Shown piece by piece: positions 9,721 to 19,643 of a DNA stretch of 64,000 nucleotides. The stretch comes from an uncultured Gammaproteobacteria bacterium (lineage in GTDB: Bacteria; Patescibacteriota; Microgenomatia; UBA10105; UBA927). The notes beneath the pieces are model-generated. The model did not search any database, was not told the origin of the DNA, and saw only the letters and a program-made list of their open reading frames with translations. Every line of letters starts with the position of its first letter. Within the stretch, counting starts at the first letter, position 1. The position numbers and the translations under genes were made by a program. Where the stretch lies: contig CAYLQG010000001.1 of the NCBI GenBank assembly GCA_964385705.1, forward strand, positions 831-64,830, given 5' to 3'.

Positions 9721-10521
9721 TTATGCTATTTTTGTAATGATATCCTTAACTACCTGGACGCCGTCTTTCATAAATACGACTTTGTTATGCGATACCACAT
9801 CATACGTATTAATGCTCTGGGCCGACACGATTGTGACATTAGCAATATTTCGTGCAGTTCTTGTCACATGGCCTGTTTCAGGCCCTACAACCAACAGTGT
9901 CGGTACGCTCCCGGTCAAAAGCGAGAGAGTTCTGGCCATATACTTCGTTTTCGGTTTGAGCGATGCCAGTCCGTCAACAAAAACAACATTCCCTGATTCA
10001 TATTGACTCGTTAGTGCACAAGCAAGGGCCATCCGGCGCATTTTTTCCGGCATTTTCATGGAAAAATCGTGCGGTACCGGTCCGAATGTGATACCTCCGC
10101 CGACGAAAATAGGCGCTCTAATGTTGCCGTGTCGTGCACGACCCGTACCTTTTTGGCGGTAAATTTTTCTTGTAGATCCCTCAACCATACCACGGGATTT
10201 TGTTGCTGCTCCTCCTGCCCGTTGATTGGCTAAATAAACGCGGACAGCCTGGGCAATCAATTGTTTATTCATTTTTTCACCGAATACTTCAGCTGGAAGG
10301 GTCATTTTCCCTTTTGCTTTACCGTCGACATCAACTACCGTTGCATTAAGTCCGGTAATGGTTGCTTCCACTTTGACTGCTGCCAGACTCACGGTCTTTT
10401 TCTCCGGTTTTTTTGTAACAACGGCTTTTTTGACCACTTTTTTAACCACAGCTTTTTTAGCCGCTTTCACGGGTTTCGCTTTTGTAGCTTTCGTTATTTT
10501 TGTTGGTTTTTTCACTGCCAT
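9721..10521 (-). CDS. rplD: 50S ribosomal protein L4 with Lys/Ala-rich N-terminal extension
   Basis: [19 protein letters not shown]; likely start MAVKKP. Confidence 0.97.
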   Translation of the reverse strand: MAVKKPTKITKATKAKPVKAAKKAVVKKVVKKAVVTKKPEKKTVSLAAVKVEATITGLNATVVDVDGKAKGKMTLPAEVFGEKMNKQLIAQAVRVYLANQRAGGAATKSRGMVEGSTRKIYRQKGTGRARHGNIRAPIFVGGGITFGPVPHDFSMKMPEKMRRMALACALTSQYESGNVVFVDGLASLKPKTKYMARTLSLLTGSVPTLLVVGPETGHVTRTARNIANVTIVSAQSINTYDVVSHNKVVFMKDGVQVVKDIITKIA

Positions 10522-10522
10522 A

Positions 10523-11143
10523 TCATGCTTCTTTCTGAACAATCACCAAGCCGTTGCAACCACCAGGAATCAACCCTTTTACTGTTAATAAATTCTTTTC
10601 ATTATCAACTGCCACTACTTCAAGTCCGATAACTGTGACACGCTCGTTACCCATCCGACCTGCCATGCGCTTCCCTTTGTAGACACGTCCCGGAGTGGTT
10701 GTTTGTCCGATAGAACCCGGAGCACGCTCACGGTCTGATGTTCCGTGCGTGCGGGGCATTCCTGCAAATCCATGCCGTTTCACAACACCTGCAAATCCTT
10801 TTCCTTTTGAAGTTCCGACTACTCTGATGGCATCGCCAACCGCAAATACGTCACCGACGCTGATCTTGGCGCCGACGGCCATCCCTTCAGGAATGGAGGC
10901 TACACGAAGTTCCCGCAAAAAACGGGGCTTTTCTGTTAACCCCGCTTTTTTCATTAATCCTTCTTGTGCTTTCTTGATGTGTTTTCGAGTTCCGAATGCA
11001 AGTTGCAAACTTTTATATGAACCTGTGTCAATAATACCCGTGACCCAGCACGGACCGGCCTCAATAAATGTGACCGGAAGTCGTTTGCCATTCGGCATAA
11101 AAACTTGCGACTGCGACTGTTTGATTCCAAGTAATGCGTCCAT
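10523..11143 (-). CDS. rplC: 50S ribosomal protein L3
   Basis: SKGKGFAGVVKRHGF, RAPGSIG, MAGRMG. Confidence 0.98.
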   Translation of the reverse strand: MDALLGIKQSQSQVFMPNGKRLPVTFIEAGPCWVTGIIDTGSYKSLQLAFGTRKHIKKAQEGLMKKAGLTEKPRFLRELRVASIPEGMAVGAKISVGDVFAVGDAIRVVGTSKGKGFAGVVKRHGFAGMPRTHGTSDRERAPGSIGQTTTPGRVYKGKRMAGRMGNERVTVIGLEVVAVDNEKNLLTVKGLIPGGCNGLVIVQKEA

Positions 11144-11201
11144 ATATAAACAAAAACAAGTTAAAATCGATTATACCGTGCAATTCCGATTGCAGCGTGT
11201 A

Positions 11202-11234
11202 TAAACAAAAAGCGACCTCGGTTGAGGTCGTTTT
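11202..11234 (-). terminator. Intrinsic terminator-like hairpin inside the rplC leader
   Basis: Minus strand AAAACGACCUC-AACC-GAGGUCG-CUUUUUGUUU. Confidence 0.65.
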
Positions 11235-11303
11235 GATCTCTCATCCGAGACTTTTGATGTACCGCTACGATATAGACAAATGCATTGTCATATCAATCTG
11301 CAT

Positions 11304-11332
11304 AGTATACCAAAGTATCTCCCCTATATCAA
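11304..11332 (-). promoter_or_regulatory. Sigma70-like promoter between rpsJ and rplC
   Basis: TTGATA-17 bp-TATACT, with a TG extension. Confidence 0.65.
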
Positions 11333-11339
11333 TATTATT

Positions 11340-11408
11340 GTCATTCTCGGGCTTGAACCGAGAATCCTTTACGAATCAAGGGTATCCCTCGACTTCGCTC
11401 GGGATGAC
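11340..11408. repeat. REP-like double-hairpin element downstream of rpsJ
   Basis: GTCAT...ATGAC termini; hairpins ATTCTCGG/CCGAGAAT and ATCCC-TCGACTTCGCTC-GGGAT. Confidence 0.7.
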
Positions 11409-11417
11409 CTATGAAGG

Positions 11418-11726
11418 TCACATCTTTATCTCTACATCCACGCCGGCCGGTAGGTCCAAATGCATCAGTTGATCAATCGTCTTGTCGGTCGGCTCTATGA
11501 TATCAATAAGGCGTTTGTGCGTCTTAATCATGAAATCCTCACGGCTGTTCCGATCGATGAACGGACTTCGCGCCACGTTAAAATGCTCCTTGTCCGTCGG
11601 AAGCGGCACAGGTCCTACGACCCGAGCGCCCGTCCTCACGGCGGTATCAAGAATCTTCTGACAACAATCATCAATGATTCTGCTGTCGTATGCTTTTAAA
11701 CGTACTCGAATTCTTCCTTTCGGCAT
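11418..11726 (-). CDS. rpsJ: 30S ribosomal protein S10
   Basis: [24 protein letters not shown]. Confidence 0.98.
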   Translation of the reverse strand: MPKGRIRVRLKAYDSRIIDDCCQKILDTAVRTGARVVGPVPLPTDKEHFNVARSPFIDRNSREDFMIKTHKRLIDIIEPTDKTIDQLMHLDLPAGVDVEIKM

Positions 11727-11765
11727 TATATATTCGTTTCACACAAACGCTTACGGCAGTAAGGC

Positions 11766-12953
11766 TTATGCGATAATCTTCGTAACTACTCCAGCGCCTA
11801 CCGTATGTCCACCCTCACGGAGTGCAAACCGCACGCCTTCTTCAAGAGCGACCGGAACGATAAGTTTAGCTGTCATCTTTGTTTCATCTCCCGGCATAAC
11901 CATCTCGACGCCAGCGGGAAGGGTCACTTCACCGGTTACATCAGTGGTCCTTATATAGAATTGTGGCCGGTATCCTGTAAAGAACGGTGTATGTCGTCCA
12001 CCCTCTTCTTTGGCAAGGATATAGATCTGTGCCTCAAATTCTGTATGCGGCTTCACCGATCCCGGCGCTGCGAGCACTTGTCCCCGCTCCACCTGGTTTT
12101 TCTCAATTCCCCGAAGAAGGACGCCGATGTTATCTCCGGCCTGACCCTCATCAAGGAGTTTTCGAAACATTTCAACTCCGGTAACGACGGTTGTCTGCGT
12201 CGGTTTGATTCCGACAATTTCCATCGTTTCGTTGACTTTGCAGCGGCCCCGCTCGACGCGGCCGGTGACAACGGTTCCGCGGCCTTTGATTGAGAAAACA
12301 TCCTCAATAGGCATAAGGAACGGTTTATCAAGATCCCGTTTCGGCTCTGGGAAGTAGCTGTCTACCGTATCCATAAGCTCCTGGATCTTGGCTTCCGCTT
12401 CCGGATCACCCTGGAGTGCTTTAAGTGCGCTTCCACGGATAACCGGAACTTTGTCTCCCGGGAAATGATACTTCGTTAAAAGCTCGCGGACTTCCATCTC
12501 GACAAGGTCGAGAAGTTCTTTGTCCTGTACCATATCGCATTTGTTCATGAAAACGATAATAGCCGGAACGTTTACCTGGTTTGCAAGTAAAATGTGTTCA
12601 CGGGTCTGCGGCATAGGACCATCCGGTGCCGAGACAACGAGAATGGCGCCATCCATCTGAGCTGCTCCGGTGATCATGTTTTTGACATAATCAGCATGTC
12701 CGGGAGCATCGATGTGTGCGTAATGTCGTTTTTCCGTCTCGTATTCTGAGTGGTGGATGTTAATCGTCACGCCCCGGGCCTTTTCCTCAGGTGCGTTATC
12801 GATTTCTTCATACTTGAGTGCTTTTGCAAAACCTTTTTTTGCAAGCACGTGGGTAATAGCTGACGTAAGGGTTGTTTTCCCATGGTCAACGTGGCCGATG
12901 GTTCCAATATTCAAATGCGGTTTGCTGCGATTAAATTTTTGCTGGTCAGCCAT
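11766..12953 (-). CDS. tuf: Elongation factor Tu
   Basis: [25 protein letters not shown]. Confidence 0.99.
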   Translation of the reverse strand: MADQQKFNRSKPHLNIGTIGHVDHGKTTLTSAITHVLAKKGFAKALKYEEIDNAPEEKARGVTINIHHSEYETEKRHYAHIDAPGHADYVKNMITGAAQMDGAILVVSAPDGPMPQTREHILLANQVNVPAIIVFMNKCDMVQDKELLDLVEMEVRELLTKYHFPGDKVPVIRGSALKALQGDPEAEAKIQELMDTVDSYFPEPKRDLDKPFLMPIEDVFSIKGRGTVVTGRVERGRCKVNETMEIVGIKPTQTTVVTGVEMFRKLLDEGQAGDNIGVLLRGIEKNQVERGQVLAAPGSVKPHTEFEAQIYILAKEEGGRHTPFFTGYRPQFYIRTTDVTGEVTLPAGVEMVMPGDETKMTAKLIVPVALEEGVRFALREGGHTVGAGVVTKIIA

Positions 12954-13173
12954 AACTGCCTTTCTAGAAGCGCTTTACCGATCTTTGATCGGGATTAGCG
13001 ATTCTTGATCCACCAGTAAACGCTCTGTGAGCCGCTCTACGAATAGTAGGTAAGGCGAACAGTAAGTAACGGCGGACAACTATTTGTTAATAAATACCAA
13101 TACAGACAAATCACCTCATAAACTCATCATCTAAATCAGGTAATAATGAGTTGTGAGATGATTCGGTACGGGT

Positions 13174-13202
13174 ATTTTAACATCCGGTTTAGATTTGCGC
13201 AA
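13174..13202 (-). promoter_or_regulatory. Putative tuf promoter giving a leader of about 215 nt
   Basis: TTGCGC-17 bp-TAAAAT, with a TG extension. Confidence 0.6.
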
Positions 13203-13275
13203 GAAGGGAATGAGGTAAAATTAGTATTTACAAACAACTTCGTTTATCTCTATTAATAAACGGATACTACGATTA

Positions 13276-14439
13276 TTAATAATTTTCCCCAACATGCGGA
13301 TCCAAATGGAGTACAAATGACCTGTCTTCATAAGAGGGTGTGTCACCTTCCTGAAAAGAAGTATATTTAGGAGCACCGGTAGTTGTTCTATTTATTACCC
13401 CTGAATTTGTTAATGTCTGTGCGGTGATGGTAAAATCGTCGACCTTCCAATTATCCAGGTTTGGATTAATAACTAATGCCATAGTGCGGAAGGCAGCTTC
13501 AATCATAGCGTTTGATAACACCGAATTTGGGTACGTTTCCTCTTTAAAGCGCGTCTTAACTTCTAACACACTCGTAACCATATCAAAGGATTCGACAAAT
13601 AAATCCACTTTTCGTTGATCATCCGGAGATAATTGCGGATATTCACTCGGATCCAATGGGAGTTTATCTTTAAAATAAGCTTCGTAGATTGTTCTATCGC
13701 CAGTTGTATTAAGACACATCCATGCAAATATGTGTTTTGCATTCAACCTTCTGGTTGGATCATCACTTGCAAAAGCTTCACGCGCTACTGCGGTATAATC
13801 TAATATAATTTCGCGGGCCTGATCTGTATAATTATCCAGACTCACGTGTGAATTTCTATTATTTACTGTCTCCTCAACCAGTTTTTGGATATTCCTTAAA
13901 TTAGTAGTAAATTGCTCTTTTTGTAAACGTTGATCAAGATAATGCTCATCAACAGCAGCTCCGATAACAGTCGGCTCCATAAAAAAACCAAAACCGGTTG
14001 ACACCAAAGACCATGCTGCGTTTCTCGCAGTATCATAGAATACTAGCTTAAGGAACGCACGTCGTGCTGCTCCAAACTTACCCAACTCTTCAATTTTCTC
14101 TTGATCAAATGCGTTCTCTTTAAAGCTATGATACGAATGGCGCGTCAGAATTGCCCCCGTAACTATTCCGAACCCTAATGGGGTATAGGTCAGTGTTGCT
14201 TTAACATCGTTAGGAGTATCACCTCTCGGGAAGTACTTAGTTTCTTGATATAAAAAATTTTTATCACCGTGTAAGATCAGATCTGTTGCATAAGCAGCAC
14301 CAACGACTTCCAAGCCGACAAGAGGTAACAGTACTTCTAAAAAAAGCTCTGCTTCTGAAGAGCTATAACGATCAGCTTCGTCCGAGATATATTTTTTTAC
14401 TGATGATATGCCTTTTCTAATTTGTTCCGCAGCCACCAT
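13276..14439 (-). CDS. Hypothetical membrane-associated protein
   Basis: 387 aa ORF with 2-3 hydrophobic segments in the N-terminal half; no family recognised. Confidence 0.7.
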   Translation of the reverse strand: MVAAEQIRKGISSVKKYISDEADRYSSSEAELFLEVLLPLVGLEVVGAAYATDLILHGDKNFLYQETKYFPRGDTPNDVKATLTYTPLGFGIVTGAILTRHSYHSFKENAFDQEKIEELGKFGAARRAFLKLVFYDTARNAAWSLVSTGFGFFMEPTVIGAAVDEHYLDQRLQKEQFTTNLRNIQKLVEETVNNRNSHVSLDNYTDQAREIILDYTAVAREAFASDDPTRRLNAKHIFAWMCLNTTGDRTIYEAYFKDKLPLDPSEYPQLSPDDQRKVDLFVESFDMVTSVLEVKTRFKEETYPNSVLSNAMIEAAFRTMALVINPNLDNWKVDDFTITAQTLTNSGVINRTTTGAPKYTSFQEGDTPSYEDRSFVLHLDPHVGENY

Positions 14440-14500
14440 ATTAAATGCAATTATATACTATAAGCTTATTTAACACAACGGCGAGCCTGTGATTTGTGGT

Positions 14501-14572
14501 TTATCTTCGGTTATCCGCTGCCGTGGTGCGCTTTATTTGGCGATGATTATCTCCTGAATATTAGAGGCACTT
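14501..14572 (-). pseudogene. Degenerate duplicate of the fusA 3' end
   Basis: About 50/65 nt match to 16696-16760 by hand alignment. Reads VP-NIQEIIIAK*-RTTAADNRR* versus fus[24 protein letters not shown]. Confidence 0.85.
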
Positions 14573-14594
14573 TGATAACGTTCATGACGGTTAA

Positions 14595-16607
14595 TTAGTC
14601 GATATGCAAATTATGTTCTAATAAAAATGCTTTTATTGCGCGCAGTGTTATGATCGATTCACTCATCTCCTCTGACGGATAAATAAAATCATATTGAAGA
14701 ACGCTTTGAACTATATCATGCGTGTCCACTCCCCGTTTGTATTCTTCTCTCACAAATTCTGCTACTTCGGGAAAGTGTTGTAAGAACGGTTCGATGAAAA
14801 CCCTGTCATTTTCAGTTATTTCGCGATGGGTAGCAATCGATTCTACTGCCCTGGTAACACGTTCCTCTCTCAGGCGGAGTTTCGCCTTCTCGAGCAATTT
14901 TTCTTTATGATATATCTGTGAATATCTTGAAGATTTATCGATGGATGTTCCGTTTAAAAATTCATGCGATAGTAATGATTTTGTGTACACTATATACTCT
15001 GTCGTTTCTTCAGGTATGACAAAATCCGTTCGGATATCACGGATAAAATTCTTCCAATAAAATAACTGACGGAGTAAATATTTTGAAAAATCCTGCATTT
15101 CGCGTTCTGATCCGAATTCACCCGCTCTGCCGGATGAAAATTGCATCGGATATTCGTGAGTTATCCAATACCGAGTGTTTTCCATAACTTTTTTGAAGAA
15201 TAATAATGATCCTACGTTCCCGGATGCATCCGCTTTATCTAATAAGGGCATAATTTCCGGAATATCATGAGTCACAATTTTTCTCCATAATTTTAATTCA
15301 TCTCCAAAAAACTTACGCACATAACGGGGATCGGTCTCCCAAACATCATCGACGTCATCGCGTAATAAACGCTCCTTATCATGTTGGTTTGAAATTCTAT
15401 TATTAAAATCTAACCGCTCTCCAACGACCGCGTGCAAAATTCTATTTGATTGACTGTTATACCCTGCTTCTCTCGCTAACCGGATGACCTCGGGATATAG
15501 CACGTTTACAGTTCTGTATGCTTCCCGTCGTATAAACTGAAATCGTAATTCTGCGTCAGTTTTTACTATAACATCCCCCGTATTCCTCACCCGGTCAACT
15601 CTGTATACCTCGCCGCTGTGCCCCATGTGTCCGCGGAATATTCTCTCTAAAGCTCCTGAAACGGCATAATCTTCATTGGCCCCGTGAACCGTTAACGCAT
15701 GCACCACTTCGGGGTGCTTAAACGCCGATAATCGTCCGCTCATGGTCGGAGTGCCCGCGGAATATGTCCCATTGATAATGGTAGCTATCTCACCCGCATA
15801 TTTGTGAGCCCGGTACGCCTCTATTGAAGATAATACATCCCGTGAAGCGTCCTTTCCTTCAATATATCCTTCATGAACCCCGGGAGCGATATCCCACTCG
15901 CTTATATTTGCCTGTATTTGTTTATCCTGAAATAGTTTGTCAAGATTGTGTATATGATGAGCCGTCAACATGGTATCAATATCCTGCAAATGAATAATAC
16001 AATCGTCTTCAGCGAGATCCTTCGCATGAAATGAGTCCGCTAAATCAAGTAAATATCTTCTCAGCATACCGAAATTTTTCTGGGAAGAATTTACCAATAC
16101 ATAATCAAATCGAATCCGTAGTTTATGATTCTTGTTAATTTGTTTCGATAATTGTATATATTCATCCGAAATTCCAATCCCTCTCATTCCCTCATAATTG
16201 TGTTCCTGCAATAAAGATAGGTACTGTGCCGTACGGATATTTTCCGGAATAGGGGTATTACCCAATCCATCATCTCCATACCTGCCGAAATAATGCGCGA
16301 TGCTATCCCGATTCTCATTAATTAATAAAATCACTCCTATATCCCCTTTTACTCCTTTCTGCTCATCTAGCTGACGGAGAAATGAAAATAAATACAAATT
16401 ATTCATCTCAGCTTGCACGGGGGCAACGATTATATTGCGGGTTTCACGGGAAAATAGTACATCGGACGACTCTGCGATAATTCTCCTGAATCCCCAGGGT
16501 TCGCGCGTATCATAATCCGCATAGGATAACGGAACTTCCGGAACGGATTCATACGCATCCCTTCTCTCTCTGACCAATGAATCTATATCACCCTCAACCA
16601 TATACAT
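14595..16607 (-). CDS. Hypothetical protein with a putative GT-A (family 2-like) glycosyltransferase domain
   Basis: IIVAPVQAE, VILLIN, G.LRR..LDLA, DxD (LQDIDT) and GANEDY follow the GT-A motif order; helical C-terminus. Confidence 0.55.
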   Translation of the reverse strand: MYMVEGDIDSLVRERRDAYESVPEVPLSYADYDTREPWGFRRIIAESSDVLFSRETRNIIVAPVQAEMNNLYLFSFLRQLDEQKGVKGDIGVILLINENRDSIAHYFGRYGDDGLGNTPIPENIRTAQYLSLLQEHNYEGMRGIGISDEYIQLSKQINKNHKLRIRFDYVLVNSSQKNFGMLRRYLLDLADSFHAKDLAEDDCIIHLQDIDTMLTAHHIHNLDKLFQDKQIQANISEWDIAPGVHEGYIEGKDASRDVLSSIEAYRAHKYAGEIATIINGTYSAGTPTMSGRLSAFKHPEVVHALTVHGANEDYAVSGALERIFRGHMGHSGEVYRVDRVRNTGDVIVKTDAELRFQFIRREAYRTVNVLYPEVIRLAREAGYNSQSNRILHAVVGERLDFNNRISNQHDKERLLRDDVDDVWETDPRYVRKFFGDELKLWRKIVTHDIPEIMPLLDKADASGNVGSLLFFKKVMENTRYWITHEYPMQFSSGRAGEFGSEREMQDFSKYLLRQLFYWKNFIRDIRTDFVIPEETTEYIVYTKSLLSHEFLNGTSIDKSSRYSQIYHKEKLLEKAKLRLREERVTRAVESIATHREITENDRVFIEPFLQHFPEVAEFVREEYKRGVDTHDIVQSVLQYDFIYPSEEMSESIITLRAIKAFLLEHNLHID

Positions 16608-16677
16608 AGTTAGTATAGCAATGTTGAGGGATATACATGCAAAATATACAAACGGGATGAAAGAACTGAGGCGTTAT

Positions 16678-18816
16678 TTAATTCTGCTGTCCCCTGTTAT
16701 CAGCACCTGTAGTGCGACCTTCTTTGGCGATGATCTTTTCCTGAATGTTCCGCGGCACTTCTTCGTAGTGACTGGGCTCCATATAATAGGTAGCCCGACC
16801 TTTGGACATGCTCCGGAGAGATGTGGCATAACCGGAAAGCTCAGCCAGTGGAACCAAGGCGACGATGACCGTCACGTGTCCACGCTTCGTTGTTCCCTGG
16901 ATTTGTGATCGTTTTGCGCCCAAGTCTCCGATGATATCTCCCATAAACTCATCAGGTGTCGTCACTTCGACCTTCATAATGGGCTCTAGGATGGTCGGTT
17001 GTGCCTGGCGGGCAGCATTCTGGAATGCCATAGATCCTGCGATCTTGAAAGCGACCTCGGACGAGTCGACATCATGGTACGATCCGTCGTAAAGCGTTAT
17101 TTTGGCATCAACGACCGGATAACCTGCCACTACGCCATTCTCCATCGCTTCTTTGACACCCTTTTCAATTGGCGCGATAAACTCACGCGGGATTGCTCCG
17201 CCTTTAATTGCATCGACGAATTCAAATCCTTCACCCCGGCCTTTGGGTTCAATACGAACGAGCGCGTGACCGTATTGCCCACGGCCTCCTGATTGTCTTA
17301 TATATTTCCCCTCACCCTCGGCATTAATCTTGATTGTTTCTTTGTAGGCGACTTGCGGGGCGCCGACATTGGCGTCAACTTTAAATTCCCGCTTCATACG
17401 GTCGACCAAAATCTCAAGGTGCAGCTCGCCCATTCCCCAGATAATGGTCTGATTCGTCTCCTGATTTGATTTAATTTTGAACGTCGGATCCTCTTCGGCG
17501 AGCCTTTGGAGCGCATAGCCCATCTTCTCAAGATCATTTTTCGTCTTGGGTTCGATAGCAAGGGATATAACCGGCTCCGGGAAAGTAATCTTCTCAAGGA
17601 CGATCGGCTTATCTTCTGAACAGATGGTGTCACCGGTGATCGTATCCTTAAATCCGACGACCGCAACGATTTCTCCGGCATATGCTTCTTTTATCTCTTC
17701 ACGCTGGTTGGCGTGCATGAGGAGAAGCCGTCCCACGCGCTCTTTCAGGCCTTTTGTCGAGTTGTATGCATACGAACCTGACTCAAGTTTGCCGGAATAA
17801 ATACGGACATAGGTAAGTTTTCCGACGTGGGGATCAATCTGGATTTTGAATGCGAGCCCTGAAAGTGGCGCTTCCTTCGTCCGTTTCAATTCAACTTTTT
17901 CATTTGTCCTCGGATCAGTTCCACCAACAGGCGGAAGATCGAGAGGCGACGGAAGATAATCAACAACAGCGTCAAGAAGCGGCTGAACACCTTTATTACG
18001 GAGACTTGTCCCAGCATAAATCGGCACGAGTTTGTAGGCGATGACTGCGCGGCGAAGTGCGGCTTTGAGCTCTTCCATGGTCGGCTCCGTACCGTTTAAA
18101 TATTTTTCAAGAAGCGCGTCGTCGGTTTCTGCAATTTTCTCGACCAGATCGTGACGGCTCTTTGTAACTTCGTCTTTGAGATCCGCGGGGATTTCAACTT
18201 CTTCTGCGTGTGATCCCAAATCATCACTGTTCCATACGTATGCCTTAAGAGGAAGAAGGTCAACGATACCTTTAAATGTATTTTCCCGACCGATTGGAAC
18301 GACCATAATCGCGGGATTAGCGCCGAGTCGGTCGATAATAGATTGTATGGTTGCGCGGAAATCAGCGCCGACCTTATCCATTTTATTGATAAAGCAAATA
18401 CGAGGAACTGCATATTTATCCGCCTGATGCCAAACGGTTTCGGATTGCGACTGTACGCCTTCCTCTGCATCAAGGACGGTGATACCCCCGTCAAGAACCC
18501 TCAAGGACCGCTCAACTTCTGCGGTAAAGTCGACGTGTCCGGGAGTATCAATGATGTTGAAACGGTATCCTTTCCAGAACGTCGTGGTGGCTGCTGAAAC
18601 GATGGTAATTCCCCGCTCGCGCTCCTGCTCCATCCAGTCCATTTGTGTCGTCCCCTCATCGATGTCTCCGATTTTGTAGGTCCGGCCTGTGTAGTAGAGA
18701 ATCCGCTCGGTTGTAGTGGTTTTCCCGGCATCAATGTGCGCGATAACGCCAATGTTCCGGACTTTATCAAGCGGTACATCGCGTTCTTCTGTTAATGTTG
18801 TTTGCGGAGATGCCAT
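16678..18816 (-). CDS. fusA: Elongation factor G
   Basis: [35 protein letters not shown]. Confidence 0.99.
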   Translation of the reverse strand: MASPQTTLTEERDVPLDKVRNIGVIAHIDAGKTTTTERILYYTGRTYKIGDIDEGTTQMDWMEQERERGITIVSAATTTFWKGYRFNIIDTPGHVDFTAEVERSLRVLDGGITVLDAEEGVQSQSETVWHQADKYAVPRICFINKMDKVGADFRATIQSIIDRLGANPAIMVVPIGRENTFKGIVDLLPLKAYVWNSDDLGSHAEEVEIPADLKDEVTKSRHDLVEKIAETDDALLEKYLNGTEPTMEELKAALRRAVIAYKLVPIYAGTSLRNKGVQPLLDAVVDYLPSPLDLPPVGGTDPRTNEKVELKRTKEAPLSGLAFKIQIDPHVGKLTYVRIYSGKLESGSYAYNSTKGLKERVGRLLLMHANQREEIKEAYAGEIVAVVGFKDTITGDTICSEDKPIVLEKITFPEPVISLAIEPKTKNDLEKMGYALQRLAEEDPTFKIKSNQETNQTIIWGMGELHLEILVDRMKREFKVDANVGAPQVAYKETIKINAEGEGKYIRQSGGRGQYGHALVRIEPKGRGEGFEFVDAIKGGAIPREFIAPIEKGVKEAMENGVVAGYPVVDAKITLYDGSYHDVDSSEVAFKIAGSMAFQNAARQAQPTILEPIMKVEVTTPDEFMGDIIGDLGAKRSQIQGTTKRGHVTVIVALVPLAELSGYATSLRSMSKGRATYYMEPSHYEEVPRNIQEKIIAKEGRTTGADNRGQQN

Positions 18817-18827
18817 ACGTAATTAAT

Positions 18828-18903
18828 AAAAAAACTGCCCCACATCTGCGGTAGCAGCTATGTTTACCAAAGTTATTGTACTAAAAAATCGTTCTTCCCG
18901 CAA
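18828..18903 (-). promoter_or_regulatory. Dedicated fusA promoter followed by a terminator-like hairpin
   Basis: TTGCGG-17 bp-TACAAT (18903-18875); then CUGCUACCGC-AGAU-GUGGGGCAG-UUUUUUU shortly before the ATG. Confidence 0.6.
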
Positions 18904-18933
18904 GCAAAAGTAAAAGCAAACCGGAAAAAATTA

Positions 18934-19512
18934 TTATTCTACGATTTCCGGCCCGTCAAGGAGCAACAGTCTGGCCTTAGATTCGATAAATTTTCGTTGT
19001 TTCTTTTCAGCCGCCGGATCGAGGAGGCCCAACATATGAGCAGCCTTCTCTGCACCCTCAATTGCCTCCCTGTGGGTTTGTCGAGAAATAGTATCAACCC
19101 CTGGTAACGTTTCTCCTTTTAAGTTTACGCGTATATCTTTTATTAGTGCAGCTTTCACCTGATCAATTCGACTTCGTTTATCTGATCCGGGTGTTAAATT
19201 CAGCAGTAATCCATTTATATGGGTTATTTTTTGCTGTTCCTCTTCAATATCTTTCCCTAATCTATCCGTCAAATCGTCTGATATAGACCATTGTTTCACA
19301 AATCGTATAACAGGATTAGAGATTGCATCTATCTCGGTTTTCTCTTTTTCGCGCTCTACCAACGGCTTACGAATATCCTCTATGATGCCCTGTATATTGG
19401 CAATTTGTTCATGAAAATAATTTTGCAACTCTGCCAAATCGTCAGGATTTAACCTGCGATACACAGGCGTAGTTGCTTCGTCGGCGTCAATATTATCTCG
19501 TATTTCTTGCAT
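18934..19512 (-). CDS. Hypothetical charged/coiled-coil protein
   Basis: 192 aa ORF with a TATAAT upstream. Confidence 0.65.
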   Translation of the reverse strand: MQEIRDNIDADEATTPVYRRLNPDDLAELQNYFHEQIANIQGIIEDIRKPLVEREKEKTEIDAISNPVIRFVKQWSISDDLTDRLGKDIEEEQQKITHINGLLLNLTPGSDKRSRIDQVKAALIKDIRVNLKGETLPGVDTISRQTHREAIEGAEKAAHMLGLLDPAAEKKQRKFIESKARLLLLDGPEIVE

Positions 19513-19643
19513 ATCAAACTCTATCTTATTATATCATATAATAGTCATCGTGTACTCGACGACTAATAGTGAACCAAGTTGCACCAGCGGATAGTCGCAC
19601 TTTTTCATCCACGCGCTCATCAGTCTCCGGTTATACGAACTAC

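Noticed and set aside
12954-13275. tRNA genes upstream of tuf (as in tufB operons)
   Set aside because: No cloverleaf or T-loop GTTC(G/A)A with matching arms seen here or elsewhere in the window.
19585-19632. Hammerhead-ribozyme-like CUGAUGA followed by stem GCGC/GUGC on the minus strand
   Set aside because: The required GAAA after stem II reads GACU, and stems I and III could not be built convincingly.
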